Shown here: piece after piece, positions 29,046-38,716 of the stretch
Layout: each line of letters opens with the position of its first letter
How positions within the stretch are numbered: position 1 is the stretch's first letter
Assembly (NCBI GenBank): GCA_964400725.1
Contig: CAYNVS010000001.1
Location: forward strand, 43,191-107,190
Direction of reading: 5' to 3'
From: an uncultured Myxococcales bacterium
GTDB taxonomy: Bacteria > Myxococcota_A > SURF-8 > CAYNVS01
Length of the DNA: 64,000 nucleotides
Notes under the pieces: generated by a model
The model's database searches: none
Told to the model about the DNA's origin: nothing
The model's input: only the letters and a program-made list of their open reading frames with translations
Position numbers and translations under genes: made by a program

Positions 29046-29071
29046 GCATTTACGCTAACCAAATTAGCGCG

Positions 29072-30589
29072 TCAGAATTTTATTAAAACCTGTCCGCCGC
29101 TGCTTGAGCTTCCGCCTCCGCCGGAACCTTTTACAAGGAAATAGGTTCCCACTCCGCCGCCGGCCAGAAGAGCCGCTCCGCCGCCGACTATCGTCCAAAA
29201 CCACCACGTCGCGTAGAACGGTTTCGCGCCGGAATCGTCTTTTTCGTCCTGCTGCGGCTCCGCGTCGAGGTCGAGTTCCTCTCCTTTCTCTTTGCCTGCG
29301 GCAACGACGCCGTCTTTCGATTTGGGCTGCGGTTTTACCGACGCCCATTCCGTTTCCTTTGTAAACAACATGCCGAAGAGCGCGTCGATTTCGTCGGGAA
29401 TGGAAATGCCGTCCGGTAAAGAGGTTGAGCGCGTTTTAAATTTGTTTTCGTCCAAGTCGTAGAACATCGCCTTTAGTTTGTGGTCTTTCTGGGTCTTGCT
29501 TACGTGCAGAAATAAAACGCTGCGGACGTCGAGAAGACGGGCGAGCGTCTTTGCGGCGGTATGAAGGTTTGGGTTGGAAAAATCGCTTTGCGCAGAATCT
29601 ATCGCGGACTTGAACGTCGGGTAATTCGTCGCCGGGGAAAGCGCGAGAGTCAGCGAGCTTTTTTCTTCGCCTTTAACCTCAACTGTTTCCATAGCTTCTA
29701 GGAAGCCGGTCGCTTCGGCGAAAACGGTGTGATCGCCCGGAGCGACGTTGTCGAGAGAAAGCGGCGAAATTCCTCGGTAAACGCCGTCGATGTAAATGCG
29801 CACTCCGTCGGGCGAGGTTTTTATAGAAAGAGCGCCCGACTTTATAGACTGCGATTTGGCTCTTACGTTTTTAAAAATATTAGCGACGATTTCGGGGAAC
29901 CAGTCCGGCGCCGTCGCCTCGGCGTTTATGGTAAAAATCTGCGCAAGCGTCGCCGCGCCTTCCTCGTTGTCCATGTTTAAAATCTGGCAGGCTCCGCGCA
30001 AAGTCATAGCCCGTATGAGCGCTTCGGACGCGCCTTTTACGTTAAGAATGGGGCGAAGGTTCTTTTCGGCTTCTTTCAGTTTTTTAATCGCGCCGTCGTA
30101 GTCGCTGTTGTCGTAAAAAGTCTGCGCCTCGGAAATCAATTTTTCCGCGTCGCTTTTAAGTTTGGCCGAATCGAGCTTGTGCCTGCCGCCCAGAGCCGTC
30201 AGTATATCCGCGCTCTTAACGTTATTTTTGGCGAGCCATTCGCGCATCGAGACTTCTACCTCGAGGGCGATTTTTTTTGTCTCCACGCTGGAAGGAATTA
30301 CCGCCGCTGCTATTTCGCCTTTAACGTCCAGCTTTGACGCCTTTTTGTCCGAGGTGTTTTTTTCCGCCTTCTGCTCGTTCTTCGATTCTACTTTTTTTAC
30401 TTTCGGAGCCTCTTCCTCTTCTTCCTCCTCGCCCTCTTCCTCGTCGTCTTCGTCTTTGGCCTGCTTGGCGAAGGCGGTCGCTACGGGCGACAAATTAAAC
30501 TGCGCCGGAAAAACCAAGCCGAGCGCGAAAGCGAGAGCGGTTAAAGCCGCGGCCGTTTTGCGCCCCAAACGCGTAGTCGTATAGCTCAT
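29072..30589 (-). CDS. PEGA domain-containing envelope protein with TPR-like helices
   Basis: LSIKTSPDGVRIYIDG...G.SPL.L.NVAPGDHTV PEGA motif; C-terminal KPFYATWWFW plus a hydrophobic anchor typical of Myxococcota. Confidence 0.85.
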   Translation of the reverse strand: MSYTTTRLGRKTAAALTALAFALGLVFPAQFNLSPVATAFAKQAKDEDDEEEGEEEEEEEAPKVKKVESKNEQKAEKNTSDKKASKLDVKGEIAAAVIPSSVETKKIALEVEVSMREWLAKNNVKSADILTALGGRHKLDSAKLKSDAEKLISEAQTFYDNSDYDGAIKKLKEAEKNLRPILNVKGASEALIRAMTLRGACQILNMDNEEGAATLAQIFTINAEATAPDWFPEIVANIFKNVRAKSQSIKSGALSIKTSPDGVRIYIDGVYRGISPLSLDNVAPGDHTVFAEATGFLEAMETVEVKGEEKSSLTLALSPATNYPTFKSAIDSAQSDFSNPNLHTAAKTLARLLDVRSVLFLHVSKTQKDHKLKAMFYDLDENKFKTRSTSLPDGISIPDEIDALFGMLFTKETEWASVKPQPKSKDGVVAAGKEKGEELDLDAEPQQDEKDDSGAKPFYATWWFWTIVGGGAALLAGGGVGTYFLVKGSGGGGSSSSGGQVLIKF

Positions 30590-30592
30590 AGT

Positions 30593-31210
30593 TTATCCTT
30601 CCTTCTTGCTTTTTTCCTTGCCTTCGGCAGAATTGCGTTTTTTCCTTGACGTCGCACCCTTTTCGAGCGACTCAAGCCGCTCCTCGAATTTCTTTAGCTT
30701 TTGCGCGATGTTTAAAACTTCGTCCTTAATTTGCGCGACGTTTGCCAGACGCTTTACCATAATTTCAATCTTGTCGTCGGCCTGCTTTTGCCACGCCGAA
30801 AGCGAGGTTTGCGTTCCGGAGACAAAATCGTTAAGATTTTTGCGTATGTCGTCGGGGATTCTCGCCTTTTCCGTCAGCGTTTTTTCCAGCCAATCCTTCT
30901 TCTTTTCGGCTTCCTTTTGCACGTTCGCGACGGCGCCCTTGATGTAGGTAATCGCTTCTTCTCCTTGCAGAAGCAGGCTTTTTAGCGTCTGGCTGGAGAA
31001 TTTATCCACCCCTTTTTTTTCGCCGTCTAAAAGAATTTGAGCGAACGTAACGCTGGTGAGGTCTTCGCCCGTTTTGTGATCCACCACCTTGAAATCGACG
31101 CCGGTCTTCGCCAACTCGCCGATGTCCGCGAGGGTAATGTACGAGCTGGTCGCCGTGTCGTATAGTTTGCGGTTGGCGTATCTTTTTATAATTCTTATTT
31201 CTTCGGTCAT
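30593..31210 (-). CDS. PhaR-like polyhydroxyalkanoate synthesis regulator (DNA-binding domain)
   Basis: IIKRYANRKLYDT..SSYITL and TGEDLT..T..QI motifs. Confidence 0.85.
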   Translation of the reverse strand: MTEEIRIIKRYANRKLYDTATSSYITLADIGELAKTGVDFKVVDHKTGEDLTSVTFAQILLDGEKKGVDKFSSQTLKSLLLQGEEAITYIKGAVANVQKEAEKKKDWLEKTLTEKARIPDDIRKNLNDFVSGTQTSLSAWQKQADDKIEIMVKRLANVAQIKDEVLNIAQKLKKFEERLESLEKGATSRKKRNSAEGKEKSKKEG

Positions 31211-31337
31211 TATTTGCACCTCTGTAAATAGCTTGCTCAATTTTAATAATGTATCATAACTGCCGCGGCTATGTCAATTTGCATTAACCGAGGCGGTCGG
31301 TTATATTCGCCTATAAACTTTAAACGGAGGCGAAACA

Positions 31338-31727
31338 ATGTCTATCGTAAAACAAACGGTATCGGCGCCCGGCGCGCCCAAGGCAATCGGCCCTTACAGC
31401 CACGCGGTAAAAGCGGGAAACTTCGTTTTCTGTTCCGGGCAAATACCCATCGACCCGGCCACGTCGCAGTTCGTCGAGGGCGGAATCGCGGAACAGACCG
31501 AGCGGGCTATTCTAAACTTGAAGGCCGTTTTAGAAGCGTCGGGTTCATCGCTTGGCGGCGTAGTAAAAACTACGGTGCTGCTTAAAAACATGGCCGACTT
31601 CGCGGTTATGAACGAAGTTTACGGCCGGTACTTCTCGGAAAATCCGCCCGCGCGCGCCGCGTTCGAGGTCGCCAGGCTTCCCAAAGACGCGCTGGTCGAG
31701 ATAGAAGCGATAGCGGTCTGCGGCTGA
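31338..31727 (+). CDS. ridA: RidA/YjgF-family enamine deaminase
   Basis: [38 protein letters not shown] and [10 protein letters not shown]. Confidence 0.93.
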   Translation: MSIVKQTVSAPGAPKAIGPYSHAVKAGNFVFCSGQIPIDPATSQFVEGGIAEQTERAILNLKAVLEASGSSLGGVVKTTVLLKNMADFAVMNEVYGRYFSENPPARAAFEVARLPKDALVEIEAIAVCG

Positions 31728-31735
31728 AAAAACGC

Positions 31736-32356
31736 TTATAAAAAGCGCGCCGCGCCGCTTGCCAAGTCGTAAAACATTCCGACAACGGCGATTTCTCCCT
31801 TCTCAACCGCAGCCAAAATAATCGGACTGGCCGAGATAATATCTCTGCAGACGCATTTTACGTTCAGTTCCGCCGTCCGGTCTATCCATTTGCGAAGAGA
31901 GCCTTCGCCGTCTTCTTTGGCGGCGAGAGCGCTGGCGGCGAGTCTTGCGGTTACGTCCGACAGGTTGACGCTCTCGAAGCCGCCCGGATTGCGCAAACCG
32001 TTTACGGCCGCGCCGCACGCCCCGCAGGAAGAGTGTCCAAGCGCGACTATCAGTTTTACGTTAAGGTGAGCGACCGCGTATTCCAGCGATCCGTATATCA
32101 GCGCGTCGGCGAGATTTCCCGCCGTGCGGCAGACGAATAATTCTCCTAGCGCGCAGTCGAAAATATGTTCCGGACAGACTCGGCTGTCCGAGCAGGTTAG
32201 TATTGCGGCGAAAGGTTTCTGTCCGGCCGCAAGCGGCGCAACGAACTCCGGGGTCAAACGCCCCGCGTGAGCGACTTCCCCGCGGACGAATCTTTCGTTT
32301 CCCGCCCGAAGCCTTTCAACCGCCGCTTCCTTTGAAACTGGAGATGAAGACGTCAT
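31736..32356 (-). CDS. Beta-class carbonic anhydrase
   Basis: L..GN.RF, ILTCSDSRV, RTAGN, EYAV and LGHSSCGA zinc ligands. Confidence 0.93.
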   Translation of the reverse strand: MTSSSPVSKEAAVERLRAGNERFVRGEVAHAGRLTPEFVAPLAAGQKPFAAILTCSDSRVCPEHIFDCALGELFVCRTAGNLADALIYGSLEYAVAHLNVKLIVALGHSSCGACGAAVNGLRNPGGFESVNLSDVTARLAASALAAKEDGEGSLRKWIDRTAELNVKCVCRDIISASPIILAAVEKGEIAVVGMFYDLASGAARFL

Positions 32357-32691
32357 GCTGCCTCCTTTTATAAGTTTATAACGCAACGTATTATAACGGC
32401 AATCGCTTCCGCGTCAAAATTTTGCAATAATAATATTCGCTGAGAAGCGGAATTTTAAAGGATTGTCCGCGGCTTTTATAAGCCTGACATTCATTTCTCG
32501 GCCAACGCTATTTCGCTTTCTTTGCTTGTCCGAAGAGCCGTCAACGCTGCTTTACTTGACACGACGCCCTAAAATGTAGGATTATATAATTCAATATAGG
32601 GGCGGATTTGTGAGGAATCATAAAAAGGACTTTTTTGAGAGCCGTTAATTTTAACTAAGCCGGCCGTTTGTTAAGCCGGAAAGGCGGTTAC

Positions 32692-33312
32692 ATGCTTCAG
32701 GAACAAATGAATTTGGTGCCGATCGTAATCGAGCAGTCGCAGCGCGGGGAGCGCGCGTACGACATATTTTCCCGCCTGCTCAAAGACCGCATAATAATCG
32801 TCGCGGGGCCGATTGAATCTGGGATGTCGGCGCTGGCGATGGCGCAGCTGCTCTTTCTCGAAAGCGAAGACCCGGACAAGGACATTCACATGTACATTAA
32901 TTCGCCGGGCGGAGTGGTTACCGACGGACTGGCGATATACGACACAATGCAGTACATAAAGCCCGACGTCTGCACCTATTGCATGGGACAGGCGGCCAGC
33001 ATGGCCAGCGTGCTGCTTGCAAGCGGAGCCAAAGGCAAGCGTTACGCCCTGCCGAACGCCCGTATTATGATGCACCAGCCGTGGGGAGGCTTTCAGGGAC
33101 AGGCGACCGACATGGAAATTCAAACGCGGGAAATGCTTAAAACCAAACAGCGGCTTACGGAAATTCTAGCCGAGCACACCGGTCAGGACTTTCAGCGGCT
33201 CGCCTTGGACATAGAAAGAGATTTTTATCTTTCGGCGGAGGAAGCCGCCACTTACGGCGTGGTTGACGGCGTATTGCAGCGCCGCCCGGCTCCCGCCAAG
33301 GCTTCAAAATAA
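32692..33312 (+). CDS. clpP: ATP-dependent Clp protease proteolytic subunit
   Basis: [25 protein letters not shown] (catalytic Ser) and MMHQP. Confidence 0.97.
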   Translation: MLQEQMNLVPIVIEQSQRGERAYDIFSRLLKDRIIIVAGPIESGMSALAMAQLLFLESEDPDKDIHMYINSPGGVVTDGLAIYDTMQYIKPDVCTYCMGQAASMASVLLASGAKGKRYALPNARIMMHQPWGGFQGQATDMEIQTREMLKTKQRLTEILAEHTGQDFQRLALDIERDFYLSAEEAATYGVVDGVLQRRPAPAKASK

Positions 33313-33332
33313 TTAAACGGGAGTAAACCGCC

Positions 33333-34568
33333 ATGCGCGATCTGCGATGTTCGTTCTGCGGGAAGAGTCAGAGGGAGGTAAAGAAGCTTATTGCGGGGCC
33401 TAACGCCTATATTTGCGACGACTGCGTCGCCCTTTGCAACGAGATAATAAGCGAGGAAAACAACCGTGCCAAGATTAAAACGAGCTTCAACGTCCCCAAG
33501 CCCAAGGAAATAAAAACTTTCCTCGACCAGTACGTCATCGGACAGGAGCGCGCAAAGCGCGTTCTGGCGGTCGCGGTTTATAACCACTACAAGCGCATTT
33601 CTTACAAGGAAAAAAATAAAATCAACCCCGAAGTCGAGCTGTCCAAAAGCAACATTCTGCTGCTCGGCCCGACCGGAACCGGCAAGACGCTGCTTGCGCA
33701 GACGCTCGCCAAGTTTCTCGACGTTCCGTTTACAATCGCCGACGCCACGCCGCTTACCGAAGCCGGATACGTTGGCGAGGACGTGGAAAATATTTTGTTT
33801 AACCTGCTGCAAGTGTCCGAGTTTGACGCGGAGCGCGCCAGCCGCGGAATAATTTACATCGACGAAATCGACAAAATCGCGCGCAAGAGCGGCAGTCCGT
33901 CAATCACGAGAGACGTTTCAGGCGAAGGCGTTCAGCAGGCGCTTCTTAAAATCCTTGAAGGAACCGTCGCAAATATTCCGCCCAAAGGCGGACGCAAGCA
34001 CCCGCAGCAGGAGTTTATACAGCTTGACACAACAAATATTCTTTTCATCTGCGGCGGAGCGTTCTCCGGAATAGAGGAAACCATAGCAAGGCGCATCGGC
34101 CAAAAAACCATCGGGTTCGGCGCAAACATTCAAACGGTAAAGGAACTTCCCATCGGCGACGTGCTGGCGCAGACCGAGACGGAAGATTTGCTTCAATACG
34201 GATTAATCCCTGAGTTTGTTGGCCGCCTGCCCGTTATCGCGACGCTGGGCGACTTGTCGGAAGAGGCGTTGATTGAAATACTGGAACGCCCGAAAAACGC
34301 TTTGCTGCGCCAGTACAAACTGCTGCTCGAAATGGACGAAATAAAACTGCGCTTCACGCAGGACGCAATGCGCGCCGTCGCCAGGGAAGCGGTAAAACGC
34401 AAAAGCGGAGCCCGCGGACTGCGTTCCATCATGGAAAATATTATGATGGACATAATGTACGATTTGCCGACAGAGACGGACGTTGAGGAAATAATCGTCA
34501 ACGACGAGGTCGTCGGCAAAAAGCGCGAGCCGATAAAGCTTTCAAGACGCAAAGAAAAAGCGTCGTAA
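33333..34568 (+). CDS. clpX: ATP-dependent Clp protease ATP-binding subunit
   Basis: C4 zinc finger CSFC...CDDC, Walker A GPTGTGKT, Walker [12 protein letters not shown] loop and GARGLR. Confidence 0.98.
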   Translation: MRDLRCSFCGKSQREVKKLIAGPNAYICDDCVALCNEIISEENNRAKIKTSFNVPKPKEIKTFLDQYVIGQERAKRVLAVAVYNHYKRISYKEKNKINPEVELSKSNILLLGPTGTGKTLLAQTLAKFLDVPFTIADATPLTEAGYVGEDVENILFNLLQVSEFDAERASRGIIYIDEIDKIARKSGSPSITRDVSGEGVQQALLKILEGTVANIPPKGGRKHPQQEFIQLDTTNILFICGGAFSGIEETIARRIGQKTIGFGANIQTVKELPIGDVLAQTETEDLLQYGLIPEFVGRLPVIATLGDLSEEALIEILERPKNALLRQYKLLLEMDEIKLRFTQDAMRAVAREAVKRKSGARGLRSIMENIMMDIMYDLPTETDVEEIIVNDEVVGKKREPIKLSRRKEKAS

Positions 34569-34717
34569 TTGCAAGGCGTTTAATCTTTATTGAGCGGCGG
34601 CGATACAATACGGGCGTTATCATATTAATTTAAAAATTAAATGGGACGAACCGCGGCGGCATATTCGTTCGGCGGTTTTTGTCTTGACTGTTTGCCGCTT
34701 TATTATAATGTTTAATT

Positions 34718-35404
34718 ATGGAATTGGAAATAATAAGCGCGATAGACAAGTTTTTGGCTCCCATGGGTTACATGGGGCGCATTCTGGCGGCGGCGGCGCT
34801 GGGCGCGGCGGTAGGCATAGAGCGGGAGTACAAAGGGAAGGCCGCCGGCGTTAAAACGAACATGCTGATTTGCGTCGGCAGCTGTCTTGCCATGATCGTC
34901 TCGATAGAGCTTGGCGGCAAGAACTGGGACCCGGCTCGAATCGCGGCGCAGGTCGTTTCTGGCATCGGTTTTTTGGGCGCGGGGACGATAATACAATCCA
35001 AACATTTTATTAAGGGGCTTACCACCGCGGCTACGCTCTGGCTTTTAGCGAGCGTCGGACTTGCCGCCGGAAGCGGGTTCTACGCCGTCGCCGCCGGAGC
35101 CACTATTACCGTGCTGCTCATTTTGACTGTTTTAGGTAAAGCCGAAAGTTTCATTTTGAAAATCGGCCACCGCACGCTTGTAGTCGTAATCGAGCTGGAC
35201 GCGACGAGCCGTTCGATAGGAGAAATCGACCTTCTTTTGTCAGACCTAAAACTCAAAGAGCACGGCTTTAAAATTGAGAAATGGGAAAACCGGGTCAAAT
35301 TCTCGTTCGCCTACTCGGGACGCGCAAGCCAGATAAAAAGTTTTCAGGAGAAGCTGTTCGCTCTGCCCGACGCGCGCAGGCTGGACATAGAGATAGAAGG
35401 TTGA
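34718..35404 (+). CDS. MgtC/SapB-family membrane protein
   Basis: G..VGIERE..GKAAGVKT, DPARIAAQVVSGIGFLGAG and GLTTAATLW. Confidence 0.92.
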   Translation: MELEIISAIDKFLAPMGYMGRILAAAALGAAVGIEREYKGKAAGVKTNMLICVGSCLAMIVSIELGGKNWDPARIAAQVVSGIGFLGAGTIIQSKHFIKGLTTAATLWLLASVGLAAGSGFYAVAAGATITVLLILTVLGKAESFILKIGHRTLVVVIELDATSRSIGEIDLLLSDLKLKEHGFKIEKWENRVKFSFAYSGRASQIKSFQEKLFALPDARRLDIEIEG

Positions 35405-35412
35405 CGACGCGG

Positions 35413-36309
35413 ATGAAAATAAGACTGGTTCAATGCGGCGCGGCTCTGGGCGAGTTCGAGAAGAACTTCGCTTTTCACTCCGAAAATATTAAAAAGGCGG
35501 CCTCGGAAGGAATAGACATTATAGTTTTTCCGGAGCTTTCGCTCACCGGTTATTTGCTGCGCGACCTTATAAGCGACGTGGCTCTCGAAGCGGACGAGCT
35601 CGTGGGTCGGTTCAGTTCCATCACAACCGGCGGAAAAGCGATAGAAGTCGTCTGCGGCTACGTTGAAAAAACGCGGGGCGGCCGCTACTACAACGCGGCG
35701 GCGCACGCTTTGATTACGCCGGACGGCAGGGCGAGTCTGCTGCGCAATCACCGAAAGGCCAATCTGCCCACTTACGGCATGTTTGAGGAACAGCGTTATT
35801 TCTCTCAAGGATTAGACGTAAAGGCGTACGACTCGCCGCTGTTAGGTCGATGCGGACTTCTTATATGCGAAGATTTGTGGCACGTCGCCAATCCGCTTCT
35901 TCTTTCGCTTGACGGACCAGACCTTGACGGAGCGCGATTTATAATAGCGCTTTCAAATTCTCCTTCTCGCGGAGTTGACGCCGCAAGCGAAGGCTCTCCC
36001 CGCAATCTCTCGCTTTGGAAAGATCTGTGCCTTGTGTACGCGCAGTTGTTCAACGCTTACGTCCTGCACTGCCAGCGCGTCGGCGTGGAGGAAGGGCTCG
36101 TATTTTCTGGCGGCAGCCTTGTCGTTTCGCCGGAGGGCGAAATTCTCGCCGAAGCGCCAGCGCTCGACGATTGGGAACTTGACGCGGCGTTCGAGTCTTC
36201 CGCCGCTCTTCGCAGGGCGCGGCTTAAGTTCGCCGGTCGTTCCGGCGACGATTTCTTCCGTCTTCACGCCGCATTGGAGCGCCTTCGAGGCGAATACGTC
36301 GTTAAATAG
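35413..36309 (+). CDS. Carbon-nitrogen hydrolase (nitrilase family), resembling the stand-alone glutaminase domain of NAD+ synthetase
   Basis: Catalytic triad motifs FPELSLTGY, HRKANLPTYGMFEEQRYF and LICEDLWH. Confidence 0.85.
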   Translation: MKIRLVQCGAALGEFEKNFAFHSENIKKAASEGIDIIVFPELSLTGYLLRDLISDVALEADELVGRFSSITTGGKAIEVVCGYVEKTRGGRYYNAAAHALITPDGRASLLRNHRKANLPTYGMFEEQRYFSQGLDVKAYDSPLLGRCGLLICEDLWHVANPLLLSLDGPDLDGARFIIALSNSPSRGVDAASEGSPRNLSLWKDLCLVYAQLFNAYVLHCQRVGVEEGLVFSGGSLVVSPEGEILAEAPALDDWELDAAFESSAALRRARLKFAGRSGDDFFRLHAALERLRGEYVVK

Positions 36310-36365
36310 TCGTATTGCCGTCAAAACAAAAATACGGAAATTTCCCGCTTGAGCTTTTTTCTTGC

Positions 36366-36395
36366 TCGCTTTCTTTGGGCGCGCAAAGAAAGCGA
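36366..36395. repeat. REP-like palindrome, copy 2
   Basis: TCGCTTTCTTTG-GGCGCG-CAAAGAAAGCGA, a 12-bp perfect stem between convergent genes. Confidence 0.7.
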
Positions 36396-36487
36396 AATAA
36401 CGATTCAGACGGCGCGCCATACCTTTGAATTAAGGGATGACGTCCGTTTTTGCGCGTTTGAAGAGTCTTAAGGCCGCGCTCGCGCCG

Positions 36488-37030
36488 TTACGGTTTTTTC
36501 AAACCGGCGCCCATTACCGCGTAGTTTTTTGCCTTTTCGGCGTATTGAAGAGCCGTGTTTTTAAGATATTCTATTTCTTCAAGAGTAAGCTGGCGCTTGA
36601 CTTTGCACGGCGATCCGACCGCGAGAGAAAAGGCCGGAATTACCGATCCGCCCGTAATTAAACTGCCGGCCCCGATTAGGCACCCTTCGCCGATAGTCGC
36701 GCCGTCGAGCACTACGCTGCCCATGCCTATTATCGTGTTGCTTCCTATCGTCGGGCCGTGAAGCGTAACGTTGTGCCCGACCGTAACGTAATCCCCGATG
36801 CGGGCCTCTGAGAGCCCTTTAGAGGTGTGAATCATGCACAAGTCTTGAATGTTGCAGAACTTGCCGATTGTAATTTTCGCTTCGTCGCCTCGTATAACCG
36901 AATTGAACCAAACGCTTGAGCCTTCGCCGATCTCAACGTCCCCTATTACTATGGCGGAATTCATAATCACAACGCCGCGCTCAAGCCTCGGCTCCACGCC
37001 GTTATACTCTAAAATGTTGTCGTTTCTCAT
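36488..37030 (-). CDS. Gamma-carbonic anhydrase family (YrdA-like) hexapeptide-repeat protein
   Basis: [37 protein letters not shown] and [10 protein letters not shown]. Confidence 0.93.
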   Translation of the reverse strand: MRNDNILEYNGVEPRLERGVVIMNSAIVIGDVEIGEGSSVWFNSVIRGDEAKITIGKFCNIQDLCMIHTSKGLSEARIGDYVTVGHNVTLHGPTIGSNTIIGMGSVVLDGATIGEGCLIGAGSLITGGSVIPAFSLAVGSPCKVKRQLTLEEIEYLKNTALQYAEKAKNYAVMGAGLKKP

Positions 37031-37033
37031 GCG

Positions 37034-37720
37034 TCAATCTCCTTGAAGAAGCGTTCCGGGGTTCCAATCCTTCCAGATGGATTCGATTTTTTCCTCGGTA
37101 AGGTCTAGAAGCGAATCAATGCGGTAAGGCGCTCCCGCCTGATTGAAGCCGTATCTGTTTCCCGCTTTCACCGCGACGACCGCAGTTCCCGCGGCTACGC
37201 CCGCCGCTATTCCGATGGGAGAGTCTTCAACCGCCAGACAGCGGTGCGGCGAACATCCTAGAGCCTCCGCGGCGCGCAGGTAGCATTCGGGGTTCGGTTT
37301 ATGAAAGTTTACGTCGTCCCCGCCGATAATACATTTTACGTGTCCCGCGGCGTTCATGTGCGCCAAAAGGCGCTCGGCTTCCATTTTAAAGCTGCCGGTA
37401 ACAATCGCCAGACTGTAAGAGCGCGACAGAGAAGATAAAACTTCGCGGGCGCCAGGCAGAAGCGCCGGGCCGTTTTTGTCCATCATTTCTCTTTTAAGCT
37501 CAAGCGTTTCGTCTAGAAACTCGCGCGGCGATGGGAGGCCCTCAAAACGGTCGTAAAGAAACATGAGAACTTTGTCCCATGCGTTCTTAACCGTATATTC
37601 GCGCAGCTCGTCGGTCATTTTGCAGCCGCGCCTTTCAAGGCATTCGGCCAAAGCCGCCAATGTCGTTTCTTCCGAATCGATAAGCGTGCCGTCCATGTCG
37701 AACAAAATCGCTTTAAACAT
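37034..37720 (-). CDS. HAD-superfamily phosphatase (beta-PGM/Gph-like)
   Basis: FDMDGTLIDS, VTGS, KPNPECY and VEDSPIG motifs. Confidence 0.92.
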   Translation of the reverse strand: MFKAILFDMDGTLIDSEETTLAALAECLERRGCKMTDELREYTVKNAWDKVLMFLYDRFEGLPSPREFLDETLELKREMMDKNGPALLPGAREVLSSLSRSYSLAIVTGSFKMEAERLLAHMNAAGHVKCIIGGDDVNFHKPNPECYLRAAEALGCSPHRCLAVEDSPIGIAAGVAAGTAVVAVKAGNRYGFNQAGAPYRIDSLLDLTEEKIESIWKDWNPGTLLQGD

Positions 37721-38000
37721 CGTATTACATCCGCAATAAAAAAATCTGCCGGCGCGTTTAAATTTTTATCATAAAACTAATTTTGTGTATAGCGGTTCTT
37801 AAATAAAAGTTTTATCGCTTATTTTTTTTTGCGCGGACGGCTATTAAAGGAGCTATCGCCGCCTCGAAGTTGCGAGTTCGGAAAAACCTTGAGAGTTAAA
37901 TTCCCGAAGCTAGCGGATGCGAGGTTATTCTAACCTCTTAAAAATACGAAAAAAATTCGTTAATTCTGGCGAAAATATTGCGCATGAAGGCGATGGATAC

Positions 38001-38080
38001 AAAAAAAGGAAGGGAGGAAGCTAGGTATGCCACTTGGGGGGGGACGGTGGGAATCTAAAGGACGTGCTTCCTGCCCTTCC
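38001..38080 (-). ncRNA. Candidate ~80-nt small RNA with base-paired ends and a C8 loop
   Basis: Starts 6 nt after a TTGACA-17-TAGATT promoter. GGAAGGG-C-AGGAAGC pairs with GCUUCCU-CCCUUCC and is followed directly by U7. Inner hairpin CCAC/GUGG has a C8-containing loop. Confidence 0.6.
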
Positions 38081-38086
38081 GATTTC

Positions 38087-38115
38087 AATCTAACAACTAG
38101 TCGTTTTAATGTCAA
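38087..38115 (-). promoter_or_regulatory. Near-consensus sigma70 promoter driving the candidate sRNA
   Basis: Minus strand TTGACA (38115-38110), 17-nt spacer, TAGATT (38092-38087). Confidence 0.7.
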
Positions 38116-38217
38116 GTAAAAAGCGCTTTTTCTAACAAAGAACGCTTAAAAAAACGCCTTTAGAATTGTAATTTTCTCATATTGATACGCGAAATGAAAT
38201 TTTTAATGAACGAGCGC

Positions 38218-38694
38218 TCATTTGTATTCAATTTTGGTAATTTCAAACGTTCTTACGCCTCCGGGAGTTTGGATTTTCGCCTCCTCGCCTTCCTGTTTTG
38301 AAATGAGTCCGCGGGCGATGGGCGAGCTTATTGAAATCCATCCCTTGGAGATGTCCGCTTCGTCGTCGCCGACTATGCGGTAGGAGTATTCCTTGTCTTC
38401 GTCAACGTCCAAAATCGTAACGGTCGCTCCGAAAACTACTCGGTCAGACTTAATTTTGCTGACGTCTATAATTTGCGCCTTAGAAATTCTGGCTTCTAAA
38501 TCGCGGATGCGCGTTTCGATAAGTCCTTGTTTTTCCTTCGCATATTGGTACTCTGCGTTTTCGCTCAAGTCTCCGTGGGCGCGGGCGACTTCTATCTCGC
38601 GAATAATCTGCGGACGATCGACGCTCTTCATTCTGTTGAGTTCGTCCGTAATTTTTTTAAAGCCTTCGGGAGTGATAGGAATTTTGTCTGACAT
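38218..38694 (-). CDS. greA: Transcription elongation factor GreA
   Basis: ARAHGDLSENAEY..AKE.Q, V.FGATV and ISISSPIARGL. Confidence 0.96.
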   Translation of the reverse strand: MSDKIPITPEGFKKITDELNRMKSVDRPQIIREIEVARAHGDLSENAEYQYAKEKQGLIETRIRDLEARISKAQIIDVSKIKSDRVVFGATVTILDVDEDKEYSYRIVGDDEADISKGWISISSPIARGLISKQEGEEAKIQTPGGVRTFEITKIEYK

Positions 38695-38716
38695 TTCAAT
38701 CTCCTGCAAATTCACG

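Noticed and set aside
32668-34568. clpP-clpX lacking flanking tig and lon
   Set aside because: This is a common rearrangement and not informative.
38008-38080. tRNA-Sec or 4.5S SRP identity for the GGAAG...CUUCC RNA
   Set aside because: No cloverleaf, T-loop or UCA anticodon, and no SRP domain IV in a hairpin context.
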